Source: the human T2T-CHM13v2.0 reference genome, Homo sapiens. From it: a DNA stretch of 64,000 bases. Where the stretch lies: NCBI RefSeq assembly GCF_009914755.1, contig NC_060931.1; one strand, written 5' to 3'. Below the pieces are notes generated by a model. The model had not been told where the DNA came from and did not search any database. It was given only the letters and a program-made list of their open reading frames with translations. The translations under genes were made by a program, and so were the position numbers. Of the stretch, positions 27,880-40,259 are shown piece by piece (position 1 is the stretch's first letter; every line of letters begins with the position of its first letter).

Positions 27880-28080
27880 TTAATGACTGGAAGTGGCCCA
27901 GGGGCTGCTTCTGGGTGCTGGCACTGTTGTGATTTTTGAGTCTGTGTAGGGGCTACACATGCATATTTACCTTGTAAAAATTTATTGAGGTGAACCTTTT
28001 GCATACCTTCTTGTGCACATATATATATATATACATGTTATATATATATACACATATAATATATGTAATATTTCAATGAA
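27880..28080 (+). mobile_element. L1ME-type 3'UTR fragment
   Basis: gactggaagtggcccaggggctgcttctgggtgctggcactgtt...cttgtaaaaatttattgag. Confidence 0.55.
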
Positions 28081-28379
28081 TTGTTCAAAAATTGAACAAA
28101 CAAAGCAAGAGAAAGAATTTTACTTGTTGTCTCAATGCTTATAGGCCAAACCCTAAACTCTTCACTCAGTTGGTCTTTGCTCTTGACCTGTCACTATGAC
28201 CTCAGACTGATAGGTTACCATTCACTTTATATTTTGTATTCAGCTACAGAAAGATAAAGGATAGATAAAGGATGAAACCCAATTTTGTTGAAACTATTCA
28301 GTTTGGAAGTCAGTATAATAAACCACTTTATTATTCTTTATAAAATGGATACATATTCCACATATGTAGGATTTTTTAA

Positions 28380-28740
28380 GATTTTTTGAATTTTACTTTA
28401 AGTTCCGGGATACATGTATAGAATGTGCAGGTTTGTTACGTAGGTATACATGTGCCTGGTGGTTTGCTGCACCTAACAACCTGTCATCTAGATTTTAAGG
28501 CCCACATGCATTAGGGGCCATAATAAATGGGCAAAAACTGGAAGCATTCCTTTTGAAAACCTGCACCAGGCAAGGATGCCCTCTCTCACCACTCCTATTC
28601 AACATAGCACTGGAAGTTCTGGCCAGGGCAATCAGGCAAGAGAAATATATAAAGCGTATTCAAATATGAAGAGAGGAAGTCAAATTGTCTCTGTTTGCAG
28701 ATGACATGATTCTATATTTAGAAAATCCCATCATCTCAGA
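28380..28740 (-). mobile_element. Short 5'-inverted L1 (L1PA7-like)
   Basis: 28380-28515 is the antisense extreme 3' end. 28520-28740 is a sense ORF2 RT piece (NGQKLEAF...[12 protein letters not shown]...[12 protein letters not shown]). TSD-like repeats at 28358-28379 and 28741-28762 (18/22). Confidence 0.9.
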
Positions 28741-28828
28741 CCATATATGTGGGATATTCTAATGAGACAGTTGTACTGAGAAAATAAAGCGTTTTTGAAA
28801 AAGTAATTTTATATTTTTAAAAGCAAGA

Positions 28829-29359
28829 TGTATGTTTAAAGTATCTACTGTTATATAACAAATTACTTCACAACTTAGTAGCATGGAACTACAAGCATTA
28901 TCTCACAGTATTTGTAGGTTAGGAGTTTGAGAACAGCTTGGCTGGGTGGTTCTGGCTCAGAGCCTACTATAAGGCTGCAGTCAAGTTGCAGGCTGAGGCT
29001 GCAGTTTCTGAGACGTCTCACTCACATGGCTGCTTGCAAGCAGTCCAGATTCCTTTTTGCTGGCTGTTGTTAGGAGGCTTTACTTCTTAGTTTCATGCTA
29101 TGTAGGTTTCTCCATGAGACTGCTTGAGTATTCTAACAACACGGCAGCTCATTTTCTCTTGAGAGAGAGAGAGAAAGAGAGGTTACATATATTTTATTAC
29201 TTAATGTTGAAAGTCGCACATTGTCACTTCCACCACAGTCTGTTTATTAGAAATGAGTCAATGAGTCAGTACATCTGGCCCTCAGTAAAAGAGAAGGTAA
29301 TTAGGTTCCATCTTTTGAAAGATTGCAAAGTCTTGTGGACTCATTTTAAAATTATCACA
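28829..29359 (-). mobile_element. MaLR solo LTR, MLT1F/G-like
   Basis: cagcttggctgggtggttctggctcag, ctcactcacatggctg and ctccatgagactgcttgagta; ends ttttaaaattatcaca. Confidence 0.8.
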
Positions 29360-31214
29360 GTCTTATTACTGTTTGGTGTTTTAAGTGCTCTGGATGGCTG
29401 TCAGTGAGATTCTGAATTATTTTAATCATTAGCATTCTAATTTGGTATTAAACTAGTACACATTGTAACAAAGTAAAGTTTAATATAGCACATGAGAAAC
29501 TTTGTTAACAATAATAAAAAAAGAAAATAAAAGAACCATTGCAGTTACAATAATTATTCTGATTATTGCCACTAAATGAACAAATACACAGAAAGGAAAA
29601 TGTTTGCGTTGCTTTTTTATTTGACTTTCTTTTCTACTTACCGAGGTTAACTTCTCTTTAATATTAGGAAGAACATTGATAGTTTACAATATTAGTGATC
29701 GAAAACACTGTATTTTTCTGTGATTTTTTGTAATGCTCTAAAGAAAATGTCTTGAAATGTAGGTGGTCCCTAAATGCTCTGCTTGTTGTCAAACTTAAGC
29801 ATCTCTATGGGGAACAAGCCATTCTTGCTAAGTTATTTGAGAATTACCATTATTCTTATGACACATTAGTGGGAGTGTCACTGCAACTTTAAATAATCTC
29901 GATTATCAATGTACAGCTTAGGTAGATTTTTTTTTTTCACTAATGTCTGAATTTTACCTTTTATTTGTTTGAAAGGCACAATCTCCAGATGTTACATAAG
30001 TTGATATTTGTTAAGAGTTAAACGAAATTTCTGTCATTTGAAATATTAAAATTGAACATTAATTTGCGATTTCTACTTATGAGCCTGTAATCAGCTTGTA
30101 AAAAACATAAATTAGGTTTTTTGAACTTTTATGTTCTTTTTTATGTATTGTGTTGCAGTGAATAGATTTTCATTAAGTTGCAGTCAAATGAATTTAGAAC
30201 ATTTCCAATGCAGAAAGAAAAATATATAGAAAATCTTATATGTAAGACTCATTTCCTATTTATGAAAAGTTTTCATAGGCATTATATACTGAGAAACTAC
30301 ATGAACCACAACTTACAGGACAATGAAATGAAACGATGTGATTGATGCACACTGACTACTTATGACACTGAGATGTATTTTCTGCATTCTTTAATGACAG
30401 TGAAATGTTTGACGATGAACAGTAAGTACTGACAAAACTGTCAATATATTAGTATCGATTCACTTTTTAATAGCAGTAAAATAATTGTGCATGCAGAGAT
30501 ATATTGGAAGTCTAATTTCAAACCAAATGCTCTTAGAGATACAATTTTCTTTCTTTACATCCTGGTTTTTCTTCAGAGGCTAGAAATAAAAGGAATAAGT
30601 GAAATAAATAGCATTAGTGATAAGCAAAATATATTCTCAGCTGTTCTAGTAATTTCATTGGTATTTTACATATGATACATTTGACAATATTAATCAGATT
30701 ATAAGGTTTGCTTTTTGAACTACCAATGAAGATAATATTTTAAAAAATGGATTCTAATTTTACTTACCCCAGTTACATTTTGTGTAGGTGTTTGTGTTAG
30801 ACACAGTGTTTGAGAAAATTGACAGAGTTCACCATCTTTGCAAACAATGTAAAAGACCAACTGATTTTGACCTATTGATTGCAAAATTAGTTGTATTTAT
30901 ACATTATTCAAAAATAAACCCTATTTGTCAATTTACATGATAGATATAAACATTTTTTAAAGAATAGAACATTTATACATTTCTGTTTTTCTTTTATGTA
31001 TTTATGAAGTCATTTTCTTCTTTTTCTCAAGTCCAAGACATTTTATATCAATGTGTCTTTTCAAATGTAGACTGCATTTTGCTTAGTTTTTTGCTTAAGC
31101 TTTCTTACCACCCATTATCTTTAACGGCTCAGAGCTTTTGTTACACAATTATTTTCTCATAGATTAGAAGCTATCATAAACCCTGTCTTCTAAATGTATT
31201 AAAATACAAGAGAA

Positions 31215-33985
31215 GATACTTCAGTCAAGATGAAATCGGGGGCTGGATTTATTTTCTCACCTAAAACAAATCCCCAACAGTAAACAGATGATACATTAAA
31301 ATGATAGTATTCGAGGCACTAGACATGAGACAACAAAGGAAAGGAATCCCTGAGAGACAGTTAAGATAGATAAAGTTTGTAAGACAAAGTAACAGCTAGA
31401 ATAAAGGTGCACAGAGTAAAAACCTGAGAAATCTATAGAGAGTCCAAATGGAACATTCAGCATAGTAATGATCAAAAAGCATGCAAGTAAGGAAACTTTC
31501 TGAATCTAAAGAAAGAAGCATGCAAAACATTATAAGGAAGATCTTTTAGCCTTCATATACAAACTGGAATAATAACTGTTTCAACCAGTTAGACTAGAAC
31601 ATATCTAAATTCATAGAAAATTGGCTAGAACTAAGAAAGGTCTTGTCTCAGTAGTGGGGAGTAATTAGACCTAGATTAAATGCTGCTGTGGTCCTGCCTA
31701 ACAAATCAACTTACGTTTTTTTTCTTTTTAAGTAACTGTAGTGTATCCTAGAACAAAGCTAATATAAATAATGCTTTATATAATATAATATAGAAATATT
31801 ATTATTAAAATAAATATTTAGCTCTTTCCAGCAGTATTTACAAGGCTTGCTGTAGACAGAAGAGTCATATCCAAAGAAACAAGAAAACATAACTTATAAT
31901 GAGAATTTAAAGTCAATTAACTGAAACTTACCCAGAACTGACACAGATGTTAGAATTAGTAGAAAAGGACCTTAAACAATTATAATGCATTCTATATTGT
32001 CAAAGAGATAAGTACAGAGATGCAAAGTTAATCCCCAAAATGGTCCAAATTGAACATCTAGAACTGAAAACTAAAATCTTTGAATTGAGAAAGATTATAT
32101 ATTGGATGGGATTATTAGCAGACTAGGTATTACAAAAGAGAAAAAAAACTGTTAACAACATAGCAATAGAAGCTATCTAAAACGAAATATATAGAAAATT
32201 AAACTATAAAACAAACGAAAAACTGAACGTGGTATCAGCAAACTGAGATAACTTTAAGCAACTTCAATGTGTGTCTAATTCAAGGACCAAAGGAAAATAC
32301 AGAGAAGAAGACACAAAAAAACTTTGAATAAATAATGGTCAAAAATAATTTTCAAATGTGATCAAAACTATAAACTCACAGATTGAAAAAGATAAAAAAC
32401 CTGAAGATAAAATAAATGAAGACAATTTTACCTCATAGCAGCATATTGCACCTACTATTCACACTATCATCTAATTGTCTGAAATCAGGGAGAAAGAGAA
32501 AAACTTAAGCTAAAACAGAAATAAAATCAGTATGATAGAAGATTTCTCAACAGAAGCAATACAAATGAGAAAGCAGTTATTCAAGATCTTTAGAATAATG
32601 ACAGAAATAATACTGTCAACCTAGAATTCCACATCCAGCATTAATATCTTTCAAAACTAAAGCTAAACACTTTCAGATATACAAAAGCTGAAAGAGTTAA
32701 TAATTAACCATAGACCCACACTATAAGAAAGAGTAAAGAAAGTTTTTCAAGTAGAAGGATAATGGTATTAGATGGCAATATGGATCTATAAAAAGAATTA
32801 AAAAACACAGTAAATTTTGAATAATACATAGAATAAGATATAATATTACTTTAAGGAAGACTCTGATAAGTTAAAAATATTTAAAATCAACCTTAAAACA
32901 ACCACTAAAATGATAACACAACGAGTTGTAGCTCATAAACAAATGAAGAAAATAAAATTAGATCATAAAAAGTACCTAATTAATCAAAGAAGGCAGAAAA
33001 AAATAAAGATAATCAAGAACAAATGAACTAAATAGAAAGAAAATAGTGAGTAAATGAAAAAACAAGCTGGGAGAAAATATTTGCAAATTAAATATCTGAT
33101 AAAGGAGTTGTATGTGGAATAGACAAAGAGCTTCTAAAACTCAACCTTTTAAGAAGGGCAAAATTTTGAACATACATTTCATTAGCTATGATAAACCAAT
33201 GGCAAATAAGCACATGAAAAGATCCTCAACAACAGTAGTAATTAAATAAATGTAAATGAAAACTGCACAAGATTCTGTTTACATATATTAGAATGAATAG
33301 AATTAATAAGACTGACCATACCAAGTGTTGTTAAAGATATGGAGAAACTATAACTGTGCTAAAATGCTGGTGGATGTGTAAAATGTTGCACTTGGCAAAA
33401 AATGTGGCATTTTCTCAGAAAGCTAAATAGGCATCAGCCATATGGTTCAGTCACTTTAATTCTGGATTTTATTCAAAATAAATAGAAGTATATATCCATA
33501 CATAGATTTGTACACAGATGATTGTAGATGCTTTATTTAAAATATGCCAAAATTGGAAATAACTCTAATTGTTCACCAAAATGTGAGTAAACAATTTATA
33601 GCATACTCATACAACAGAATACTATTAATAATAAGATATAATTAACTATTGACGTATGTAACATGAATATACTTTACCTTAGTTATGCTGAGTGAAAGAA
33701 ACTGCACACAAAATATCAGTGGATACTTTACAATTCTATTTACTAAAATCCAAGAAAACCAAACTAGTCTGTAGTGACATAAACTACATCAGTTTTTATC
33801 TAGAACTGAGTGGGACCAGGGAGAAAAGAAACATAGGGATTAATACAGCATTTGAGGAAATCCTTTGGGGTAAAAAACACATTATTTGTCATCATCGTTA
33901 GGATGATGTGTCAGGTATACACATATATAAAGCTATGTTTATTTGTATGCTTTTAATTTTTGTACATCAATTATACTTCAATAAC
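31215..33985 (+). mobile_element. Old L1M element with 5'UTR and ORF1 joined directly to the ORF2 C-terminus and 3'UTR
   Basis: 5' gatacttcagtcaagatg. ORF1-like ctgtcaacctagaattcc...atatctttcaaaa. Junction near 33050 to tgggagaaaatatttgcaaat. 3' end attatacttcaataa. Confidence 0.7.
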
Positions 33986-34227
33986 TATTTTTATAAAAAG
34001 ACCACAGCTGTGGTAAGCATATAAAATAAGATGAAAATTTAAACTTGACTTTAATGTTCCTACGCTTCACATTGATATTTAAAACAAAGCTGAAAATATA
34101 TCTGCTTTTTTGAAATGAAGTAAATATTTATTTACAATCAAAACTGTATCACCAGAAATGACAAATAGAAAAAGCTAAAAATGTCTGAAGCATCATATAA
34201 ATCCCAAAAGTGACACAACTATTTTGG

Positions 34228-35345
34228 AATAGATTTTGTTTTTAGAAAACTTAGGTTCACAGCAAAATTGAAGGGAAATCAGAGTTCTCGTATAACCCCT
34301 GGCTCCCATATACACCCATAGCCTCCCCCATTGCCTCAACAACCCACACCAGAGTGATACATTTGTTACAGCCAATGAACCTAAATGGACACATCATCAT
34401 CAGCCAAAGTCCATAGTTGACATCAGGATTTACTCTTAGTGTGCATTCTGTGGGTATTGACAATGCACATGACATGTATCTACCATTACAGTATCACGCA
34501 GAATAGTTTTGCTGCCTTAAAATTCCTCCATGCTCCACTTATTCATGCTTTCCTCTCCCCAAACCCTTGACAACTATTGATCTTTTTATGGTATCTCCAG
34601 TGACGCTTTTGGAGAGTGTCACATAGTTGGAATCATATAGTATGTAGCCTTTTCATATTAGCTTATTTGACTTGGTAATATGCATTTAAGTTTCCTTCAT
34701 GCCTTTCGATGGCTTGATAGTTCATTTCTTTTGATGATGAATAACATTTCTTTGTGTGGAGGTTTCACAATTATTCATTTGCCTACTGAAGAACATCTTG
34801 GTTGCTTCCAAGTTTTGGCAATACAGTAGTCCCCCCAGCTTATCCTGTTTCACTTTCCATAGTTTTAATTGCCCACAGTCGACAGTGGGGAACCTGAAAT
34901 AGGTACGTACAATAAGAGAGGAGAGAGAGAGAGACCACAATCACATAACATTTATTAGATTATATTGTTATAATTGTTCTATTTGATTGTTAGTTATTGT
35001 TAGTTATTGTTAATCTCTTACTGTGTCTAATTTATAAATTAATCACAGATATGTATGTATGGGAAAATATAGTACCAATAGATCTCAGTACTATCCATAG
35101 TTTTAGGTATCCACTGGAGGTCTTGAAATACATCCCCCATGAGTAAGGTGGGACTACGGTAATAAAGAAAGCTTCTATAGACGTCCTCGTTTGTGTGCAG
35201 AAGTGTGATTCCTGGATCACATAGTAGGAGTATATTTGGTTTTAAACGGCCAAACTCTCTTCCAAAGTGGCTGTGCCTTTTATCATTCCCATCAGCGGTG
35301 CAGAGAGCGAAATGTTGCTCCACTTCACCACCAGCATTTGCTGTC
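34228..35345 (-). mobile_element. L1MC1-like 3' fragment interrupted by MER44A
   Basis: ttaggttcacagcaaaattgaag...ccagagtgatacatttgttaca...ccaaagtccatagtt; resumes after 35161. Confidence 0.8.
34824..35159 (+). mobile_element. MER44A (TcMar-Tigger relic)
   Basis: TIRs cagtagtcccccc and gtgggactacgg; TA TSD at 34822-34823 and 35160-35161; internal gagagagaccacaatcacataac. Confidence 0.88.
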
Positions 35346-35565
35346 AAAGGGTATCATTTTTAATAGTGCGGTTCTCACAGAAAGGACTTTCTAGAGCCAT
35401 CATAAAGGTTGGTTTAAATTCAAAGCTCCCAACTAAAATCTTCATAATGACCAAAACCATTATCTTCAACATTTGGATATTACTTTTTAGATAATTTGTT
35501 TATTGTTTTTGATGTTTCACATCAGCCGTGTAAATTAAGTGGGGAAGATTTAAGGAGTTTAAGTT

Positions 35566-35670
35566 TAATAGTGCCTATCTCATAGTCCTATTAAGATCAA
35601 ATGAGCTAATACACACAAGTTCTTCCTGACACACTGAGATAACTCATAGATCATTATATTACTATTCTTG
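35566..35670 (+). mobile_element. MIR 3' fragment
   Basis: taatagtgcctatctcatag...aagatcaaatgagctaat. Confidence 0.6.
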
Positions 35671-37997
35671 TTGTTGATATTATTATTGCTTTTGTTTTAA
35701 AATTCCTCCTCTTTTCTACATAAGGCTCACAATAAAAAAAAGGTGAACTTTATTTTCTTCATTGTGAACAACATACTTCTTTCAGTTTACTTATAAGTGT
35801 GACTATATAGAAAATAGACTTTATATATTTCTTATTACATTTTCTTGTTGAATTTTCTAAATTAGAAGTTTCAGAGGTGACATGCTAGATCTTTATGTAT
35901 TTACATCCCTGAAAGTGGACATAAAGAAAGAGAAATGACAGAAAAATGCAGAGAAGCTAAGCTGGGAACCACCCAGGGAAGATCTCTGAGACACACTTCC
36001 AACAAAAGAGAATATAAAGGTTTGAAAAAAATGGAAGGAAATGTAGAATAACAGTTCTCTCCACCCCCAGAATGGAACTCTTGAATGACTCTGACTTCAG
36101 TAACAAGAGCCTTACTTTTCACATTTGATGGGACACTTTGACTCAAATATCCCTAAAATAATTTAAAAATGCAAGGTCATTTCTATGCACATTTTATCTT
36201 TTTAACAGTTGACAAAAGCCAGAAACAGAAGAGGTAAAAATTATTTAGTAAGAACACTTAGGAGGAGTATATCAAAAACAGTAAGCTTTCTTGACAGTTT
36301 TCCCCAGGAAATAATCTATGCATATTATTCAAACTTTTCTCATATATGTGTTTATGTGTTTGCTTCCTTCTTGTTGTTCTAAGCCCATAAAGCCAAGGCT
36401 TATTTTTTTATACAATTCCTAGCACATTGTATAGCATAGGTCCTGATAATTTTAGGTGTTCCACAAATGCCTGTTAAATGATCAAATGGTGATATATGAA
36501 CTCTCTTCCTCCAATTTTATTTTTCTAATTTTTGAGATCTCTTTTCCCTTTTATGAAAAGAGGGGAAAATTTATGATGTAGAAAACAAAACCAGAAACAA
36601 CTCCCAGGATATCACTAGTTAAGGCGAGTAATTACAAGAAATTAAAACATTCTGTGACCTAGATGCTTTATTTATAAAATAAAGGAGTGAGGTTTCACTT
36701 GGAGAAAAATAGTAAATCTGTGATTCTAATTTTCTTTCATCTTTGTGGTCATCAGAAAATTATAGATACAAAATATGAAGCTCCCTTACTGATACTTCAT
36801 CTTTAAGTGTGATTATAATTCACAGATAAGTAATTCAATCTATCAAAGTTCATATAGTTTTCATTCTCTCTTCTCTCCAATGCTCAGCAGAAAGACATGA
36901 GCAAGGTGAAAAATTAATAAGCACACATACTTCTTAACTTTTCTTACAGATTGTGCAAGCATGAAAGCTTTGCTTTGATTCTTTTAGAAAAAAAAAACAC
37001 TACCCAGCAATTATAGGTGTGTAAGTAGAAGGTAGTACCAATTTGCAAAATAAATTATTTTGACAATCAAGTTAAAACATTCCACAAGAATTGTGTAGAT
37101 AATATGTTAGTAAAATGGCACTTTATATTTCTTGAGTATGACAGTGTTTACAGATGCAATTGTTTGTTTTTATTGATATACTTTGTCCATTCTTCTATAT
37201 CCTAGGTAGTCCACTATTAAAACATGGGTAATTGTTATGCACACATAAACATTAGTATGCAGTATCATTCAGTAGAATTCAATTAGTTACACAGACAAAA
37301 CCTTGTATTTATGTGCTTACAGAGTGACGATTCATGAGGATTTTTAAAGACTTCTTCTCTCCCACAGCCATCAATCAAAGTGACAGCATTCCTTAGATTA
37401 ACTTTGGATTCCCCAGCACAAATTAATTAATCTGTCCACTACTTCCTATCTCAGTGTTTCAATCAGCCAACAAATAAAGCCAATCAAGATTTCAATTTCT
37501 TGCTGATTAGCCAATAAACTGTGACAGTGGACTTGTGGCAGGACTTCTGGGACTCTCATAGTAGCTTACTTATAGAGGGAGCAATGTTATGATCAATCTT
37601 TAAACCACAAATAAGAAGAACATTGTGTTTTCTTCCCGCTTACCTTCAGCCAGGGAAAGGACCTTTTCAGGTAGAAACAAAACTGTTAAAACAACCAGTT
37701 GCAAGTACACTCACTTTGAGATTATATTGTCAACATTTTGGTAATGCTGCTGCTTTAGAAGCATCAAATTGTGTAAATGCCATGAAATTTTGAATTAAAA
37801 ATTATTATATTCAAATAATGTATGCATACTAGAGCCGTCACTATTTCGTCATTGTCAAGAACCCTTACGGAAAAGCACTCTCTACAACAAAGGAACCATT
37901 ACTTACTGCTTTCTATATATTTTATAGTATATAGTAAAATTAATCTAGCACATGTGTTGTCTCCTGTAAATCCTTCTGACAGGAGAATAAACCCAAC

Positions 37998-38140
37998 TAG
38001 AGGAAAGAATATGGACTGAGTATCAGAAACCTAACGTTAGTCCAGACTTTGCTAGTAACAAGTTGTATGCACTTGAGAATCATGTATTTTGTACACGCTT
38101 TGGTTTTCTCATAGGTGAAATTAAGAATGTAGACTAACTT
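37998..38140 (+). mobile_element. MIR 5'/core fragment
   Basis: ggaaagaatatggactgagtatcagaaacct...ggttttctcataggtgaaat. Confidence 0.55.
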
Positions 38141-38419
38141 CTAAAATTGGATGACTCAGCCAGACACAGTAGAGTCTTTTTTTCTTACAAAGACTACATA
38201 TAGACATTTTTTCCTCTTTTTGTTTCTGCCACTATCACTGTTTGAAGTTTATCAAAGTATCAGTGACATCATGGGCTTGATACCCAGCAGAAGGCAAATG
38301 CAAGGTAAGGTTAGTGACCTTTTGGCTCCCCCATTATACTTTGCATTTCATTTCTTCGCCTCTTGGCTGGGTGAGGTAGGAGTGGGAGGAATAAAATAAA
38401 TCAATCCTGCTCCTCGAAG

Positions 38420-39230
38420 TATGTATGATATCATCCATTCCTCCTGATACCATCTATCCCTCTTGACAGTCCCTGACCTTAACCAATCTAATCTTCTAGC
38501 CATTCCATTTCATTTCTTAAAGATTTTCGCTCCTGGATAACAATCTTTATTTTAGTGCCTGCTCCTGTCATCTTGGAAGATGACCTGTCAGTTCCAAGGC
38601 TTGTTCATTCCTTGGTGTTCTTATTTCTAACGGCATTTTCTTCCATCCCACCTCAGCCAGCCATTCCAGTTTTACAACAGAGTGAATCACTTTTGAAATC
38701 TCTAACCAAATATTTTACTGTCTACACCAAGCGTCTCTTACCTTTCCAGATAACTTGTTCTAGTGCATTTACAACTAAAATTATTTGACTTCACAACAAT
38801 ATTAATGATAATCTGTTGTCCATCATTATAGTTGGTTTCGAAATCATCTTGCCTATCTCATCTTCCATTGATAATGCCTTACAAAATCTCAACCATATTT
38901 ATTATTTAAGTTCACAGATTTCATTTGCTCATTTAATACGACGTGAAAACCAACTATTATTTACTGGTGAGCTTGCTTTCTTACTTTTTGGGATGAGAAT
39001 TGGATCGTCCTCTCACAGCTCACATTTCTACCTCATAATCCACTGAAAAAATGTAAGTGCAAAATCTGAAACCCTCTTATATTTGCACCAACAAATTTAC
39101 TTTTTCCCTTGCACATGTACTCAACTTCTTTTCCTCCTCAATATAATAAAATAACTATTCCTCGTCATATTAAATTCCATTTTCTCTATTTCTGTTCTGG
39201 GCCTAATTATCTTCTTTTGTGAATTAATCT
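38420..39230 (+). mobile_element. Ancient L2 ORF fragment (endonuclease region)
   Basis: 38522-38584 translates DFRSWITIFILVPAPVILEDD, resembling the L2 APE motif DFSSWL...PxIILGDFN; pyrimidine-rich L2-like composition. Confidence 0.45.
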
Positions 39231-39507
39231 TGTGTTTTTTTATGATTTTTCTGATTTCTTACTCTTTGCATCTCATTCACTTCTCTGCTGTCTCATTGGT
39301 GATAAAAAATTCTGCACTGTCTACTATTTTATAAAATTGAAGAAAGAAATTAAAAAACCACTGAACACACAATATCTTCAACAAACAAACCAGTTAGCTA
39401 CACGACTTGTTTCCTTTCATATATCTCTGTTGATAAGTTTATTCCTTAATATTTAGATATTCTTACTTAGCATCCAAGCAACTCTAAGGCTATATACAAT
39501 ATCAATC

Positions 39508-39787
39508 TTTCTTTTTTTTTCTTTTTTTTTTTTTTGAGATGGAGTTTCGCTGATGTTGGCTGCCTGCAACCTCCACCTCCCAGGTTCAAGTGATTCTCCT
39601 ATCTCAGCCTCCTGAGTAGTTGGGATTACAGGAGGATGCCACCACATCGGGTTAATTTTTGTATGTTTAGTAGAGATGGGATTTCATCATATTGGTCAGG
39701 CTGGTCTCAAACTCCTGACCTCAGGTGATCTGCCCACCTCGCCTCCCAAAGTGCTGGGATTACAGGCGTGAGCAACCATGCCTGGCC
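39508..39787 (-). mobile_element. AluS (Sq/Sx-like) with ~30-bp deletion near the 3' end
   Basis: Poly-T, gagatggagtttcgct|gatgttggc, cctgacctcaggtgatc...cctggcc. Confidence 0.93.
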
Positions 39788-39804
39788 TACCAAACTCTTA
39801 ATTT

Positions 39805-40045
39805 GTAAGTAATCATGAAAATATGCCACTCAGATATCCTTTCAAATTAGTAATTCCGTTTGATTACAAGGAGTGAAATCAGCTGATAGTCTTTAGCCTC
39901 AGTGCCTTCAAAACCTTCTTCAGCTTTTAAGCTGAGACAACTTGTTCCCAGGCAGCCCCCCACCAATGACTGTGTATGGCAAGAATACCAGAGCTCAGCC
40001 TTTTCTGTCAAATGCAGATCACCTCAAAAAGGCAATTTACTTTCT
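39805..40045. mobile_element. ERVL LTR fragment (LTR16-like)
   Basis: tgccactcagat...ttcccaggcagccccccaccaatgactg. Confidence 0.45.
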
Positions 40046-40259
40046 ATCAAGACTATATTTTCTTCTTTTACACCATTTATAGGAAGCTATGATCGTTTTA
40101 TTTATTTCATTATTTTATTATGCTTGTATTTTTTTTAAACCTTTCTCCCAGCTAGAGAACAAAGTTTAAAGCACAGCTTAAAGACAGAACTCATGTAAGG
40201 TCCCAAAGAATGTCTAACTCTTAACACAGCATTCTCAATACATTTTGTAAAATTTTTTT

